Origin: Mobula hypostoma
Lineage: Eukaryota
Direction: 5' to 3'
DNA length: 64,000 nt
NCBI RefSeq assembly: GCF_963921235.1
Contig: NC_086108.1
Coordinates: 97,590,001 to 97,654,000, forward strand
Shown: positions 49,086-60,843 of the stretch, one piece after another
Numbering within the stretch: position 1 is the first letter of the stretch
Layout of the letters: every line of letters starts with the position of its first letter
Translations under genes and position numbers: made by a program
Notes under the pieces: model-generated
What the model was told of the DNA's origin: nothing
Databases searched by the model: none
The model's input: the letters and a program-made list of their open reading frames with translations, nothing else

Positions 49086-49734
49086 ATATTTGTGAAGTGT
49101 TCTGAAATAGGATGGATGTATTATTCAGGGAGGCCTTGTATAATCAGACAGGAACAAGAGACTTCACCCGTCAGCTTCAAAAGTGGCACAGCTTGCTTCT
49201 GAATCACACTGTGAATGCCCCAAGGTGTTTCGGAGTAATATAATTAATCCGAGGCAATGTAGGGTGACATTATTCAAAGCGCTGCTACCTTACAACTTCA
49301 GCCACCCAAATTCAATCCTTACCAGAGGTTCTGTCTGTAAGCAGTTTGTACGTTCTCCCTGTCACCACGTGGGTATTCTCCCGACATCCCAAAGACGTGT
49401 GGGTTAATAGATCAGCTGGTCACTGTAAATTTTGGATTTCAGATTTCAGATTCATTTATTTACTACATGTACATCAAAATATACAGTGAAATGCATCATC
49501 TGCAATATCGACAAACACAACCTAAGGATGTACTGGGGGGCAGCCCGTAAATGTCACCACACGTTCTAGTGTCAACGTAGCATGCTCACAAACGCTGGGC
49601 AGAACAACACGAGCAGCAACAACAATGACACACCATCAAAACAAGCCCTTCTGCAAACCTCTCACCCACACACACAGATAGGCCTCCGACCTCAAGTCCT
49701 CAGCCCTGGTCTCTCAGACTCACAGACTTCTATT

Positions 49735-50095
49735 AAATGTTGAAAGGCCCAGATGGATTGGATGTGGAGAGGATGTTTTCTGTTGTGTGAGAGTCTGGGA
49801 TCAGAGGGCACAGCCTCAGAATAAAAGGACGTCCATTTAGGATGGAGATGAGGAGGATTTTCTTGAGCCAGAGGGCGGTGAATCTGTGGAATTTGTTGCC
49901 ACAGGCAGATGTGGAGGCCAAGTCATTGGGTATATTTAAGGGGGAGGTTGAAAGGTTCTTGATAAGTCAGGGTGTGAAAGGTTAAAGGGAAAAGGCAGGA
50001 GAATGGGGTTGAGGGTGAAAATGAATCCGCCACGTTGAAATGGTGGAGCAGACTCAATGGGCTGAATGGACTAATTTTGCCCCTATATCTTAAAA
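49735..50095 (+). mobile_element. CR1 3' fragment
   Basis: GGGCACAGCCTCAGAATAAAAGG..GTGAATCTGTGGAATTTGTTGCCACAG..AATGGGCTGAATGG. Confidence 0.8.
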
Positions 50096-51296
50096 TTTTA
50101 TTTCCCTCACTGATCAGTAGGTAAGGGGTAGTATTTGGAGGAGAATAAATGGGATTAGTATGGTTACCATATACTGGATGGGCTGAAGGGCCTGTTTTGT
50201 GGTGAACGCCTATCAGACGTAGTTTATGGAAGGAAGCAGAGGGCAACAAGCCTGGCTGCCAGCACTTGTTGACCAGGCTGTGCAGGTCCAATTCCTTCTC
50301 CAGTTGCCTTCGTTCTGTGTATCATCATAAACTCCAGGTGATCCATCGAGTGAGGTGAAGAAACAGCTCATCATGCACAGGGAAGGACGTCCTTCAGCAG
50401 CACATCAAGGTCAATGTCACGGTTTCCGTCATGCGCACAAGAACTCTCAGAATCTCACATGGCGTCAGATAAAGCTTCTGGTTTCAGATGGCAGTGGTGA
50501 ATCTCAACAACTTCTGGCTGGTGGCCAATAAAGCAAAGAAAACAAACAAATACTTTGTTAATCACTCTTTTTCACACAAACGATGATTGTAAAAAATCAT
50601 CTTCCCTTTGGACTTGGAGGCAATTGGATGCAGAACCAAGGCAAGCCAGCGGACCTGTCACTGAGAGCGAGGAAGACCCTAGGTTCGATGGATTTAAGCG
50701 CCGGGCTTAATGGGAAAGGTCGCATATGAGCCAAATTGAGGCAGAGGGGTCCAGATCCCAAAGCATATTGAAGTGACTGAACCCGATGTTGGACAACGAT
50801 TAGGTCCGGAGCAGCTGGAAAAGGTCAGGGTGTCGACGCTCGAGACAAGGACTGGCCAGTTCAACACCATGAGGTTTACTCATCTCTTCACTGAACTAAG
50901 GTTCTGTAGACAGACTCTTTTTGTGAACTTCAGTTCAGAATGCTATTTGCGTTTATTGTTTGCATGATTTGTTTTTTTTTCTCTGCACATGGGTAGTTGA
51001 CGGTCTTTCTTTTAGAGAGTTCTTTTGGGTTTCTTTGTCTTTATGGCTGCCTCTAAAGAGGAATCTCAGTGTTGTCTATGTATACATACTTGGACTTTGG
51101 GCTTTGAGATAAGTGGTATTGACAAGACAAACGTAACATCAATTGCACACAGTAAAAGAGCTAACGGCTCTTTTGAAGGGTTTCTTGTGAAGAAACAAGT
51201 CCTTCATCGATGCAAGTCCCACAACTTAAACCATAGAAACTACAGCACAGAAACAGGTCTTTTGGCCCTTCTTGGCTGTTCTGAACCATTTTCTGC

Positions 51297-54223
51297 CTAG
51301 TCCCACTGACCTGCACACGGACCACATCCCTCCATACACTTCCCATCCATGTATCTGTCCAATTTATTCTTAAATGTTAAAAAAGAACCCGCATTTACCA
51401 CCTCGTCTGGCAGCTCATTCCATACTCCCACCACTCTCTGTGTGAAGAAGCCCCCACTAATGTCCCTTTAAACTTTTCCCCCCTCACCCTTAACCCATGT
51501 CCTCTGGTTTTTTTCTCCCCTTGCCTCAGTGGAAAAAGCCTGCTTCCATTCACTCTATCTATACCCATCATAATTTTATATACCTCTATCAAATCTCCCC
51601 TCATTCTTCTACGCTCCAGGGAATAAAGTCCTAACCTATTCAACCTTTCTCTGTAACTGAGTTTCTCAAGTCCTGGCAACATCCTTGTAAACCTTCTCTG
51701 CACTCTTTCAATTATAATTATTAATATCCTTCCTGTAATTTGGTAACCAAAACTGAACACAATACTCCAGATTCGGCCTCACCAATGCCTTATACAACCT
51801 CATCATAACATTCCAACTCTTATACTCAAATACTTTGATTAATAAAGGCCGATGTACCAAAAGCTCTCTTTACGACTCTATCTACCTGTGACGCCACTTT
51901 TAGGGAATTTTGTATCTGTATTCCCAGATCCCTCTGTTCTACTGCACTCCTCAGTGCCTTACCAGTAACCCTGTATGTTCTACCTTGGTTTGTCCTTCCA
52001 ACGTGCAATACCTCACACTTGTCTGTATTAAACTCCATCTGCCATTTTTCAGCCCATTTTTCCAGCTGGTTCAAGTCCCTCTGCAGGCTCTGAAAACCTT
52101 CCTCACTGTCTACTACACCTCCAACCTTTGTATCATCAGCAAATTTGCTGATTCAATTTACCACATTATCATCCAGATCATTGATATAGATGACAAATAA
52201 CAATGGACCCAGCACTGATCCCTGTGGCACACCACTAGTCACAGGCCTCCACTCGGAGAAGCAATTCTCTACTACCACTCTTTGGCTTCTTCCATTGAGC
52301 CAATGTCTAATCCAATTTACCACCTCTCCATGTATACCTAGTGACTGAATTTTCTTAACTAACCTCCCATGCGGGACCTTGACAAGGGCCTTACTGAAGT
52401 CCATGTAGACAATATCCACTGCCTTCCCTTGATCCACTTTCCTGGTAACCTCCTCAAAAAACTCCAATAGATTGGTCAAACATGACCTACCACGCACAAA
52501 GCCATGTGGACTCTCCCTAATAAGTCCCTGTCTATCCAAATGCTTGTAGATTCTGTCTCTTAGTACTCCCTCCAATAACTTACCTACTACTGATGTTAAA
52601 CTTACTGGCCTATAATTTCCCAGATTACTTTTCGATCCGTTTTTAAACAACGGAACATGAGCCACTCTCCAATCCTCTGACACTTCACCTGTAGACAGCG
52701 ACGTTTTAAATATTTCTGCCAGGACCCCTGCAATTTCAACACTAGTCTTCTTCAAGGTCCAAGGGAACACCCTGTCAGGTCCTGCGGATTTATCCACTTT
52801 AATTTTCTTCAAGACAGCAAGGACCTCCTCCTTTTCGATCTGTACAGTTTCCATGATCTCACTACTTGTTTCCCTTAATTCCACAGACTTCATGCCAGTT
52901 TCCTTAGTAAATAGAGACGCAAAAAACCTATTTAAGATCTCCCCCATTTCCTTTGGTTCCGCACATAGCCGACCACTCTGATCTTCAAGAGGACCAATTT
53001 ATCCCTTACAATCCTTTTGCTCTTAATACATCTGTAAAAGCTCTTTGGATTATCCTTCACTTTGACTGCCAAGGCAACCTCATGTCTTCTTTTAGCCCTC
53101 CTGATTTCTTTCTTAATTATTTTCTTATACTTCTCATACTCCTCAAGCACCTTATTTACTCCCTGCTTCCTATACATGTCATACAACTCCCTCTTCTTCT
53201 TTATCAGAGTTGCAATATCCCTTGAGAACCAAGGTTCCTTATTCCTATTCACTTTGCCTTTAATTCTGACAGGAACATACAAATTCTGCACTCTCAAAAT
53301 TTCTCCTTTGAAGGCTTCCCACCTACCGATCACATCTTTGCCAGAGAACAACCTGTCCCAATCCACGCTTTTTAGATCCTTTCTCATTTCTTCAAATTTG
53401 GCCTTCTTCCAGTTAAGAATCTCAACCCTAGGACCAGATCTATCCTTGTCCATGATCAAGTTGAAACTAATGGTGTTATGATCACTGGAACCAAAGTGCT
53501 CCCCTACACAGACTTCCGTCACCTGTCCTAACTCGTTTCCTAACAGGAGATCCAATATTGCATCCCCTCTAGTTGGTCCCTCTATATATTGATTTAGAAA
53601 ACTTTCCTGAACACATTTTACAAACTCTAAACCATCTAGACCCCTAACAGTATGGGAGTCCCAATCAATATATGGAAAATTAAAAACCCTACCACCACAA
53701 CTTTATGTTTCCTGCTGTTGCCTGCTATCTCTCTGCAGATTTGCTCTTCCAATTCTCGTTGACTATTGGGTGGTCTCTAATACAATCCCACTAATGTGGC
53801 CATACCTTTCCTGTTTCTCAGCTCCACCCATAAGGACTCAGTAGACAAGCCCTCTAATCTGTCCTGCCTGAGCACTGCTGTAATATTTTCCCTAACAAGC
53901 AATGCTACTCCCCCACCTTTCATTCCTCTGCCTCGATCACATCGGAAACATCGGAACCCTGGAATATTAAGCTGCCAGTCCTGCCCCTCCTGTAGCCAAG
54001 TTTCACTAATTGCTATAACGTCATAATTCCATGTGTCAATCCACGCCCTCAATTCATCCGCCTTCCCCGCAATACTCCTAGCATTGAAATATATACACCT
54101 CAGAAGATTTTTACCACCACTCACAACCTTTCTATTCGTGGATTTGCTTGAACTTTTAACATCATTTATTTTCACCCCAGCCACACCGTCAGCTCTGGCA
54201 CTCTGGTTCCCATCCCCCTGCAA
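51297..54223 (-). pseudogene. CR1 copy C ORF2 (APE + RT), broken by several frameshifts and stops
   Basis: Fragments 53777-54223, 52932-53555, 52153-52947, 51826-52074 and 51395-51760 colinear with copy A ORF2. Confidence 0.9.
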
Positions 54224-54225
54224 AT

Positions 54226-55155
54226 CTAATTTAAAGCCTCCCCAATAGCACTAACAAACCTCCCTGAAAGGATATTGGTCCCCCTGTAGTTCAAGTGTAA
54301 CCCGTCTCTCTTGTACAGGTCCCACCTGCCCCAGAAGAGGTCCCAATTATCCTGAAATCTGAAACTCTGCCCCCTACACCAGTTCCTCAGCCACTTGTTC
54401 ATCCAGAGCATCCTATTCCTACCCTCACTGGCACACAGCACAGGTAGCAATCCTGAGATTACCACCCTCGAGGTCCTGCTTTTCAACTTCCTACCAAGCT
54501 CTCTATACTCACTCTCCAGGACCTCCTCACTCTTCTTTGCTATGTCATTGGTACCCATGTGCACCACAACATCTGGCTGATCACCCTCCCACTTCAGAAT
54601 GTCATGCAATTGATCAGAGACATCCTTGACCCTGGCACCCGGGAGGCAACAAACCATCCTGGATTCTCTGTCACGACCACAGAACCTCCTATCTGCACCT
54701 CTAACTATCGCGTCCCCTATCACTACCGGTCTCCTCTTTTTCCACCCTCCCTTCTGCACTGCAGAGCCAGACTCAGTGCCAGAGATCCGGCTACTGCAGC
54801 TTGTCCCAGGTAAGTCATCCCCCCAAACAGTATCCAATGCGGTATACTTGTTGAGGGGAATGGCCACAGGGGAACCCTGCTCTGCCTGCCCTTTCCTCTT
54901 TCCTCGCCTGACAGTGACCCAATTTCCTGTCCTCTGCTCCTTTGGCGTAACTACCTCCCTGTAGCTACTATCTATAATCTCCTCATTCTCCTGAATGATG
55001 GGCAGGTCATCCAGCTCCTGCTCCAGTTCCCTAACGCGGTTTGTTAGGAGCTGCAGCTGGATGCACTTCTTGCAGGTGTCGTTGTCAGGGACACTGGAGG
55101 GCTCCCTGACTTCCCACATCCTGCAAGAGGAGCATTCCAACATCCTGCCTGGCAT
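54226..55155 (-). CDS. CR1 ORF1 protein: N-terminal CxxC..CxxC zinc finger, coiled coil, SGNH-type esterase domain
   Basis: Open frame from the ATG at 55155 (MPGRMLECSSC..CKKCIQLQLLTNRVRELEQEL); esterase blocks VVIGDA, PGA, HMGTND, DGLHLN. Confidence 0.9.
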   Translation of the reverse strand: MPGRMLECSSCRMWEVREPSSVPDNDTCKKCIQLQLLTNRVRELEQELDDLPIIQENEEIIDSSYREVVTPKEQRTGNWVTVRRGKRKGQAEQGSPVAIPLNKYTALDTVWGDDLPGTSCSSRISGTESGSAVQKGGWKKRRPVVIGDAIVRGADRRFCGRDRESRMVCCLPGARVKDVSDQLHDILKWEGDQPDVVVHMGTNDIAKKSEEVLESEYRELGRKLKSRTSRVVISGLLPVLCASEGRNRMLWMNKWLRNWCRGQSFRFQDNWDLFWGRWDLYKRDGLHLNYRGTNILSGRFVSAIGEALN

Positions 55156-55328
55156 TCTCTGTATGCCAGACAATCTGAACAAAAAACTTACCGGAACCTA
55201 CCCTGGCCTCTGCCTGTTCTCGCCGAAGCCTGTTTGAGCCAAAGCCGTCCCACTCTGACTCAGTCCACTCTGACGATGGCCACTGTATATGGTGGTCTGC
55301 TTTTTAAACCTTGGCGCGCTACATCACT
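55156..55328 (-). promoter_or_regulatory. Putative CR1 5'UTR / internal promoter
   Basis: Upstream of ORF1. TATA-like TTTAAAAA (55301-55308), AP-1-like TGACTCA (55256-55262), direct repeat CCACTCTGAC, donor-like GTAAGT (55186-55191). Function inferred from motifs only. Confidence 0.4.
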
Positions 55329-55852
55329 TGGGTACTTTTGTCAAAAGAAAGAAAGCAGACAACTGAGGAACTAAACTTTGGTTGGAGAAGTGGGTCCTGA
55401 TCATGGTTGATTTATTATCCCTCTCAACCCCATTCTACTGCCATCTCACTGTAATCTTTGACGCCCTTGCTAATCCAAAACCCATGGCCCACTCCAGCAG
55501 GGGCAAAGCCCTCCCCACCTATGAGCACACCTATATGAAATGCTGTCACAGGAAAGCAGCATCCATCACCAGGGACACCCACCACCCAGGTCATGCTCAC
55601 CTTGCTGGGTCATCAGGGAGAAGGTACAAGAGCCTTGGGACTGACACCACCAGGTTCAGGAACCCTCAACCATCAGTCTCTTGAACCACCATTGAACCTT
55701 CACTCTTCACCTCAGGTTATCGAAATTTATTGGTTATTTAGTTATTATTATTTCTTTTCTATTTGCACAGTTTGTGTCTTTTGCACACTGGTAGAACGCC
55801 CAAGTTGGTGCGATCTTTCATTGATTCTGTTATGGTTATTGTTCTTTGGATT

Positions 55853-58140
55853 TAGAAACATAGAAAACTTACAGCGCAATACAGGCCCTTCAGCCCACAA
55901 TGCTGTGCTGAACATGTACTTACTTTAGAAATTACCTAGGGTTACCCATAGCCCTCTATTTTTCTAAGCTAAATGTACCTATCCAGGAGCTGCTTAAAAG
56001 ACCCTATTGTATCCACCTCCACCACTGTTGCCGGTAGCCCATCCGACACACTCACCACTCTCTGCATAAAAAACTTACCCTTGATATCTCCACTGTACCC
56101 TACTTCCAAGCACCTTAAAACTGTGCCCTGTCATGCTAGCCATTTCAGCCCTTGGAAAAAGTCTCTGACTATCCACACGATCAATGTCTCCCATCATCTT
56201 GTACACCTCTATCAGGTCACCTTTCATCCTCCATCGCTTCAAGGAAAAAAGGCTGAGTTCACTCAACCTATTCTCATAAGGCATGCTCCCCAATCCAGGC
56301 AACATCCTTGTATATCTCCACTGCACCCTTTCTATAGTTTCTACATCCTTCCTGTAGTGAGGTGACCAGAACTGAGTGCAGTACTCTAAGTCTGACCAGG
56401 GTCCTATATAGCTGCCACATTACCTCCCGGCTTTTGAACTCAGTCCCATGGTTTTTGGAGGCTAATGCACTGTATGCTTTCTTAACCACAGAGTCAATCT
56501 GCGCAGCAACTTTGAGTGTCCTATGGACTCGGACCCCAAAATCCCTCTGATCCTCCACACCACCAAGAGTCTTACCATTAATACTATATTCTTCCATTGT
56601 ATTTGACCTAGCAAAATGAACCACTTCACATTTATCTGGGTTGAACTCTATCTGCCACTTCTCAGCCCAGTTTTGCATCCTACCAATGTCCCACTGTAAC
56701 CTCTGACAGCTCTCCACACTATCCACAAAACCCCAACAGTTGTGTCGTCAGCAAATTTACTAACCCATCCCACCACTTCCACATCCAGGTCATTTATAAA
56801 AATCATGAAGAGAAGGGATCCCAGAACAGATCCCTGAGGCACACCACTGGTCACCGACCTTCATGCGGAATACGACCTGTCTACAACCACTCTTTGCCTT
56901 CTGTGGGCAAGCCGATTCTGGATCCACAAAGCAAGGTCCCCTTGGATCCCATGCCTCCTTATTTTCTCAATAAGCCTTGCATAGGGTACCTAATCAAATG
57001 CCTTGCTGAAATCCATATACGCTACATCTACTGCTCTACCTTCATCAATGTGTTTAGTCACATCCTCAAAAAATTCAATCAGGCTTGTAAGGCACGACTT
57101 GCCTTTGACAAAGCTATGCTGACTATTCCTAATCATATTCTACCTCTCCAAATGTTCATAAATCCTGCCTCTCAGGATCTTTTCCATCAACTTACCAACC
57201 ACTGAAGAAAGACTCACTGGTCTATAATTTCCTGAGCTATCCCTACTCCCTTTCTTGAATAAGGGAACAACATCCGCAACCCTCCAATCCTCCGGAACCT
57301 CTCCCATCCACATTGATGATGCAAAGATCATCACCAGAGGCTCAGCAATCTCCTCCTTTGCCTCCCACAGTAGCCTGGGTACATCTTGTCCGGTCCCAGT
57401 GACTTACCCAACGTGATGCTTTCCAAAAGCTCTAGCACATCCTCTTTCTTAATATCTTTCTATTCAAGCTTTTCAGTCTGCTGTAAGTCATCCCTACAAT
57501 CACCAAGACCCTTTTCCATAGTGAATACTGAAGCAAAGTATTCATTAAGTACCTCTGCTATCTGTTCCGGATCCATACATACTTCTTCACTGTCACACTT
57601 GATTGGTCCTATTCTCTCACGTCTTATCCTCTTGCTCTTCACATACTTGTAGAATGCCTTGGGGTTCTCCTTAATCCTGCTCGCCAAGGCCTTCTCATAG
57701 CCCTTTCTGGCTCTCAATTTCATTCTTCAGCTCCTTCCTGCTAGCCTTATAATCTTCTAGATCTCTATTTCCATCTCACCCCCTCACAGGACATAAGTTC
57801 AGGGTGAAAGGTGAAATATTTTCGGGAAATCTGAAGGGGAATTCTTCACTCAGAGGTGATGGGAGTGTGAAATGAGCTGCCTTTGGGAGTGGTAGATGTG
57901 GATTTGATTTAGACACCAATGAGAAATTTGGGTGAGGACATGGTTGGGAGGTGTATGGAGGCTATGGTGCAGGTAGTTGGAACTAGGCAGTAAAAACAAA
58001 AACAGGTTGGCATTGACTAGAAGGGCCGAAGGGCCTGTTTCAGTGCTGCTGGTCTCTGTGTCTCTAATATAACCTAGTTTGTTTGATCCTTTCGTAAGCT
58101 TTTCTTCTTGACTGGATTTACAACAGCCTTTGTACACCAA
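55853..58140 (-). mobile_element. 5'-truncated CR1 (third family), interrupted by a plus-strand CR1 3' end (~57770-58060)
   Basis: Motifs [51 protein letters not shown]; tail TAGAAACATAGAAA. Confidence 0.9.
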
Positions 58141-58289
58141 AGGATGGATTTGTTGTTCTCATCTCCACTGACTGTATTTACTCCACTGGATTTACTGAGT
58201 ATGCTCAGAAGAAAATGAATCTCAGGGCTGTATATGGTGACATACAGTATAAGTATATCAATAATAAATTTATTTTGAACTTTGAACCT

Positions 58290-58662
58290 CTGCTTTAAAT
58301 ATAATCAATGACCTGGTCTCCAAAGTCATAGATTTACCACACTCCGACTAAAGATGATCCTCCTTGTTTCTGTTCTAAAGGGATGTCCTACTTTTCTGAG
58401 GCTGAGCCTCTGGTCCTAGACTCTCCCACTACTGAAAACATCCTCTTCACATCCACTCTATCCAGGCCTTTCAATGGTCGATAGGTTTCAATGAGATTCC
58501 CCCCTCAGTCTCCTAAACTCCAGAGAGTACATGCATAGAGTCATCAAATGCTCCTCATATATTAATCCTTTCATGGCCAGAATCTTCCTTGTGAATCTAC
58601 TCTTGACCTTCTCCAATGCCAGCACTACCTTTCTTCAATAACTGGCCCAAAACTGCTCATAA
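58290..58662 (-). mobile_element. CR1 3'-region fragment
   Basis: Similar to the minus-strand CR1 fragments at 8718, 20945 and 31265. Confidence 0.7.
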
Positions 58663-59716
58663 TGGAGGGGAAATGTATGTGACCTTGATATGAAGGGGCC
58701 AAAATCCAGTATGAATCAATGTAATGAGAAGGGGATCCTAGTCCAGGATTAGCCATTAAACAATGGAGCATTTAATGAGCGGGAGGCTACAGTCAGTGGA
58801 GATGAGCACAGAACAAATGCATCACTTGGATACTGTTTTACAGTTATGGGCTTTGTGGAACATCAGCTTTGTAGGCTACCAAATCCCAGCCTGTAGCACA
58901 GAACCCGAGCAGGAGTGGTATTGAAGATTGATCTCAAATCTGTCTGTAGGTAGGAGAAAGCTTCACTTTGGTGCTGATGGAGGTGCTTCAGGTGGGTCTA
59001 ACCTGGAATACACAAAAATCTAGTTTCATTGTTTTTAACTGATAATTTAATACAGTTCTCCAATATCTGTGCACCAAGCACAACAAACCTCTGTGAACCT
59101 TGATGTCTTGGTTAGGAACATTTCTCCATGAAACCCCAGGAAGGAATCTGAAGCAGAAGACACAGAATCACAATCTAAAAGCAATCAATGAAATCAATTG
59201 CTATGCAAACAATGCAGAGTCAGATAATGAAGTATAAGGTGACTGTAACATTACAGGAAATCTTCCACAGTTACAATAGTATTCATGACAAGCCCTTCAC
59301 ATGAGTGAAACACTTTGAAGTATTCTGTCATGGGGAATTGTTCCATTTACAATATAAACATTTTTTAATGTGCTTTGGCGTGCTTTAGTTTAATTTAATT
59401 CTTCTTCTTTCTTCACTGTATTTAGTTATTAAGTTCCCGAGCACCGTCATAACGACTAACTTGCATACAATGAGACAGCCATCTTACTCGGTGTATATTT
59501 TATTTATCGTGATTTTTTTTGGTTGAGGAGTGTCCGATTAAATATGTGTGGTGCAGACATAGAAACCGTACTTTTGTGTTAGGTCACGAGAGAGAGAAAC
59601 ACCATTCTGTTAAAGACTTTATTCATCAACGGTAGTGTAGCGGTTTGTATGATGCTATTGGACTGTGGGAGGAAACCAGAGCACCCGGAGGAAAGCCCGA
59701 GTATATTGGGGTATAT

Positions 59717-59903
59717 GGGGTGTCAGGGAGGGGTAGTACCTCTGGTGGGAGAAACATGTCGCGTCCTTTTCAGGGCAGTTAGTCCACCTTTGGTCCCCAC
59801 CTGGCACTCAGCTCTCACCTGTGGCTCCCCATAGCTGTTTGCATGCGACAGCAGCCACACCCCAGGCAACGGCTTCGACAAGCCGGCTAAACCAGGTGAG
59901 GGT
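59717..59903 (+). ncRNA. HDV-like self-cleaving ribozyme candidate
   Basis: P1 GGGGTGT/ACACCCC, P2 GCTCTCACCTG/CAGGTGAGGGT, P3 GGC/GCC, P4 CGGCTT/AAGCCG and J4/2 GCTAA, all in HDV order. Confidence 0.75.
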
Positions 59904-60276
59904 AGCCGATGGGTCTCAAACCCTCGGTGAGATAGGGAGTTGTCTATCCCAGCATGTGAAGACAGACTCCGGCAGATTGAGCGGACGAGACCAATGGAAG
60001 GTCCAACGGTCTAGAAGGCGGTCTCTGCAAGCGTCGTGGAACGTGTAGAGCAGGACAAGACACAGAAGACGTCCTGGTCATCCACTGCGCCTAGTCCCAT
60101 CTCCAGCTGTCTAGACTCTGTCTTGCCACTGGACCCAGATGGGAATTGGGAAGAGAGAGCGAGGCTGACGCTGCGCAACTCTCCCTCACTTAAATCCAAA
60201 TCATGCGCTGGTCTCGACACCATCATTATGGTGTTGAGGTCCTCATCGACGTCACGATGGACGAACAACACAACAC
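59717..60276 (+). mobile_element. RTE-derived non-autonomous retroelement (~560 bp)
   Basis: 11-bp target-site duplication ATGATGCTATT (59649-59659 / 60277-60287); CAA-rich tail; 3' motif CCCTCACTTAAATCCAA..GGTCCTC..GGACGAACAAC of RTE type. Confidence 0.8.
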
Positions 60277-60843
60277 ATGATGCTATTACAGCTCGGGGTG
60301 TCGGACTTTGGAGTTCAGTTCCACCGACTTCTGTAAGAAGTTTTTATGTCCTTCGCATGAAATGGGGCTTTCCTCCGGGTGCTCTGGTTTCCTCCCACAG
60401 TCCAAACATGTACTGGTTAGTACGTTAATTAGTCATTGTAAATTGCCCTGTGATTAGACTAGGAATAAATAGGTGGTTTGCTGGGCAGTGTAGGGCCGGA
60501 AGGGCCTGTTCCGTGAAATATCTCGAAATAAAACAAATAAATATGATACAGGTTTTGAATAACATTGAAAATTTGCTCCAGGTCCCCCATGAACAATTTA
60601 ATTCAAAGTTCAAAGTAAATTTTATTATCAAAGTATATATATGTCACCAAGTACAACACTGAGATTATTTTCCTGTGGGGATACTCAGCAAATCTATAGA
60701 ATAGAAAGCAGGATCAATGAAAGATCAACCAGAGTGCAGAAGACAAACTCTGCAAGCGCAAATATAAATAAGTGAGTAACGAGAACATGAGATAATGAGA
60801 TAAAGGGTCCTTAAAGTGAGATCATTCGTTGTGGGAACATCTC

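Larger units (their letters stand above)
51228..55328 (-). mobile_element. Near-full-length CR1 LINE copy C (5'UTR, ORF1, ORF2, tail)
   Basis: Open ORF1, frameshifted APE-RT ORF2, (TTTCTATGG) tail; 5' boundary approximate. Confidence 0.93.
59630..60540 (+). mobile_element. V-SINE (HE1-like) whose tRNA head is interrupted by the 59660-60276 insertion
   Basis: Head GGTAGTGTAGCGGTT..ATGATGCTATT continues after the insertion as ACAGCTCGG; V domain at 60365-60410. Confidence 0.8.

Noticed and set aside
50200..50540. Unique-looking stretch with short ORFs and AATAAA
   Set aside because: Frames under ~55 codons with no recognisable homology; cannot be supported as an exon or retrocopy.
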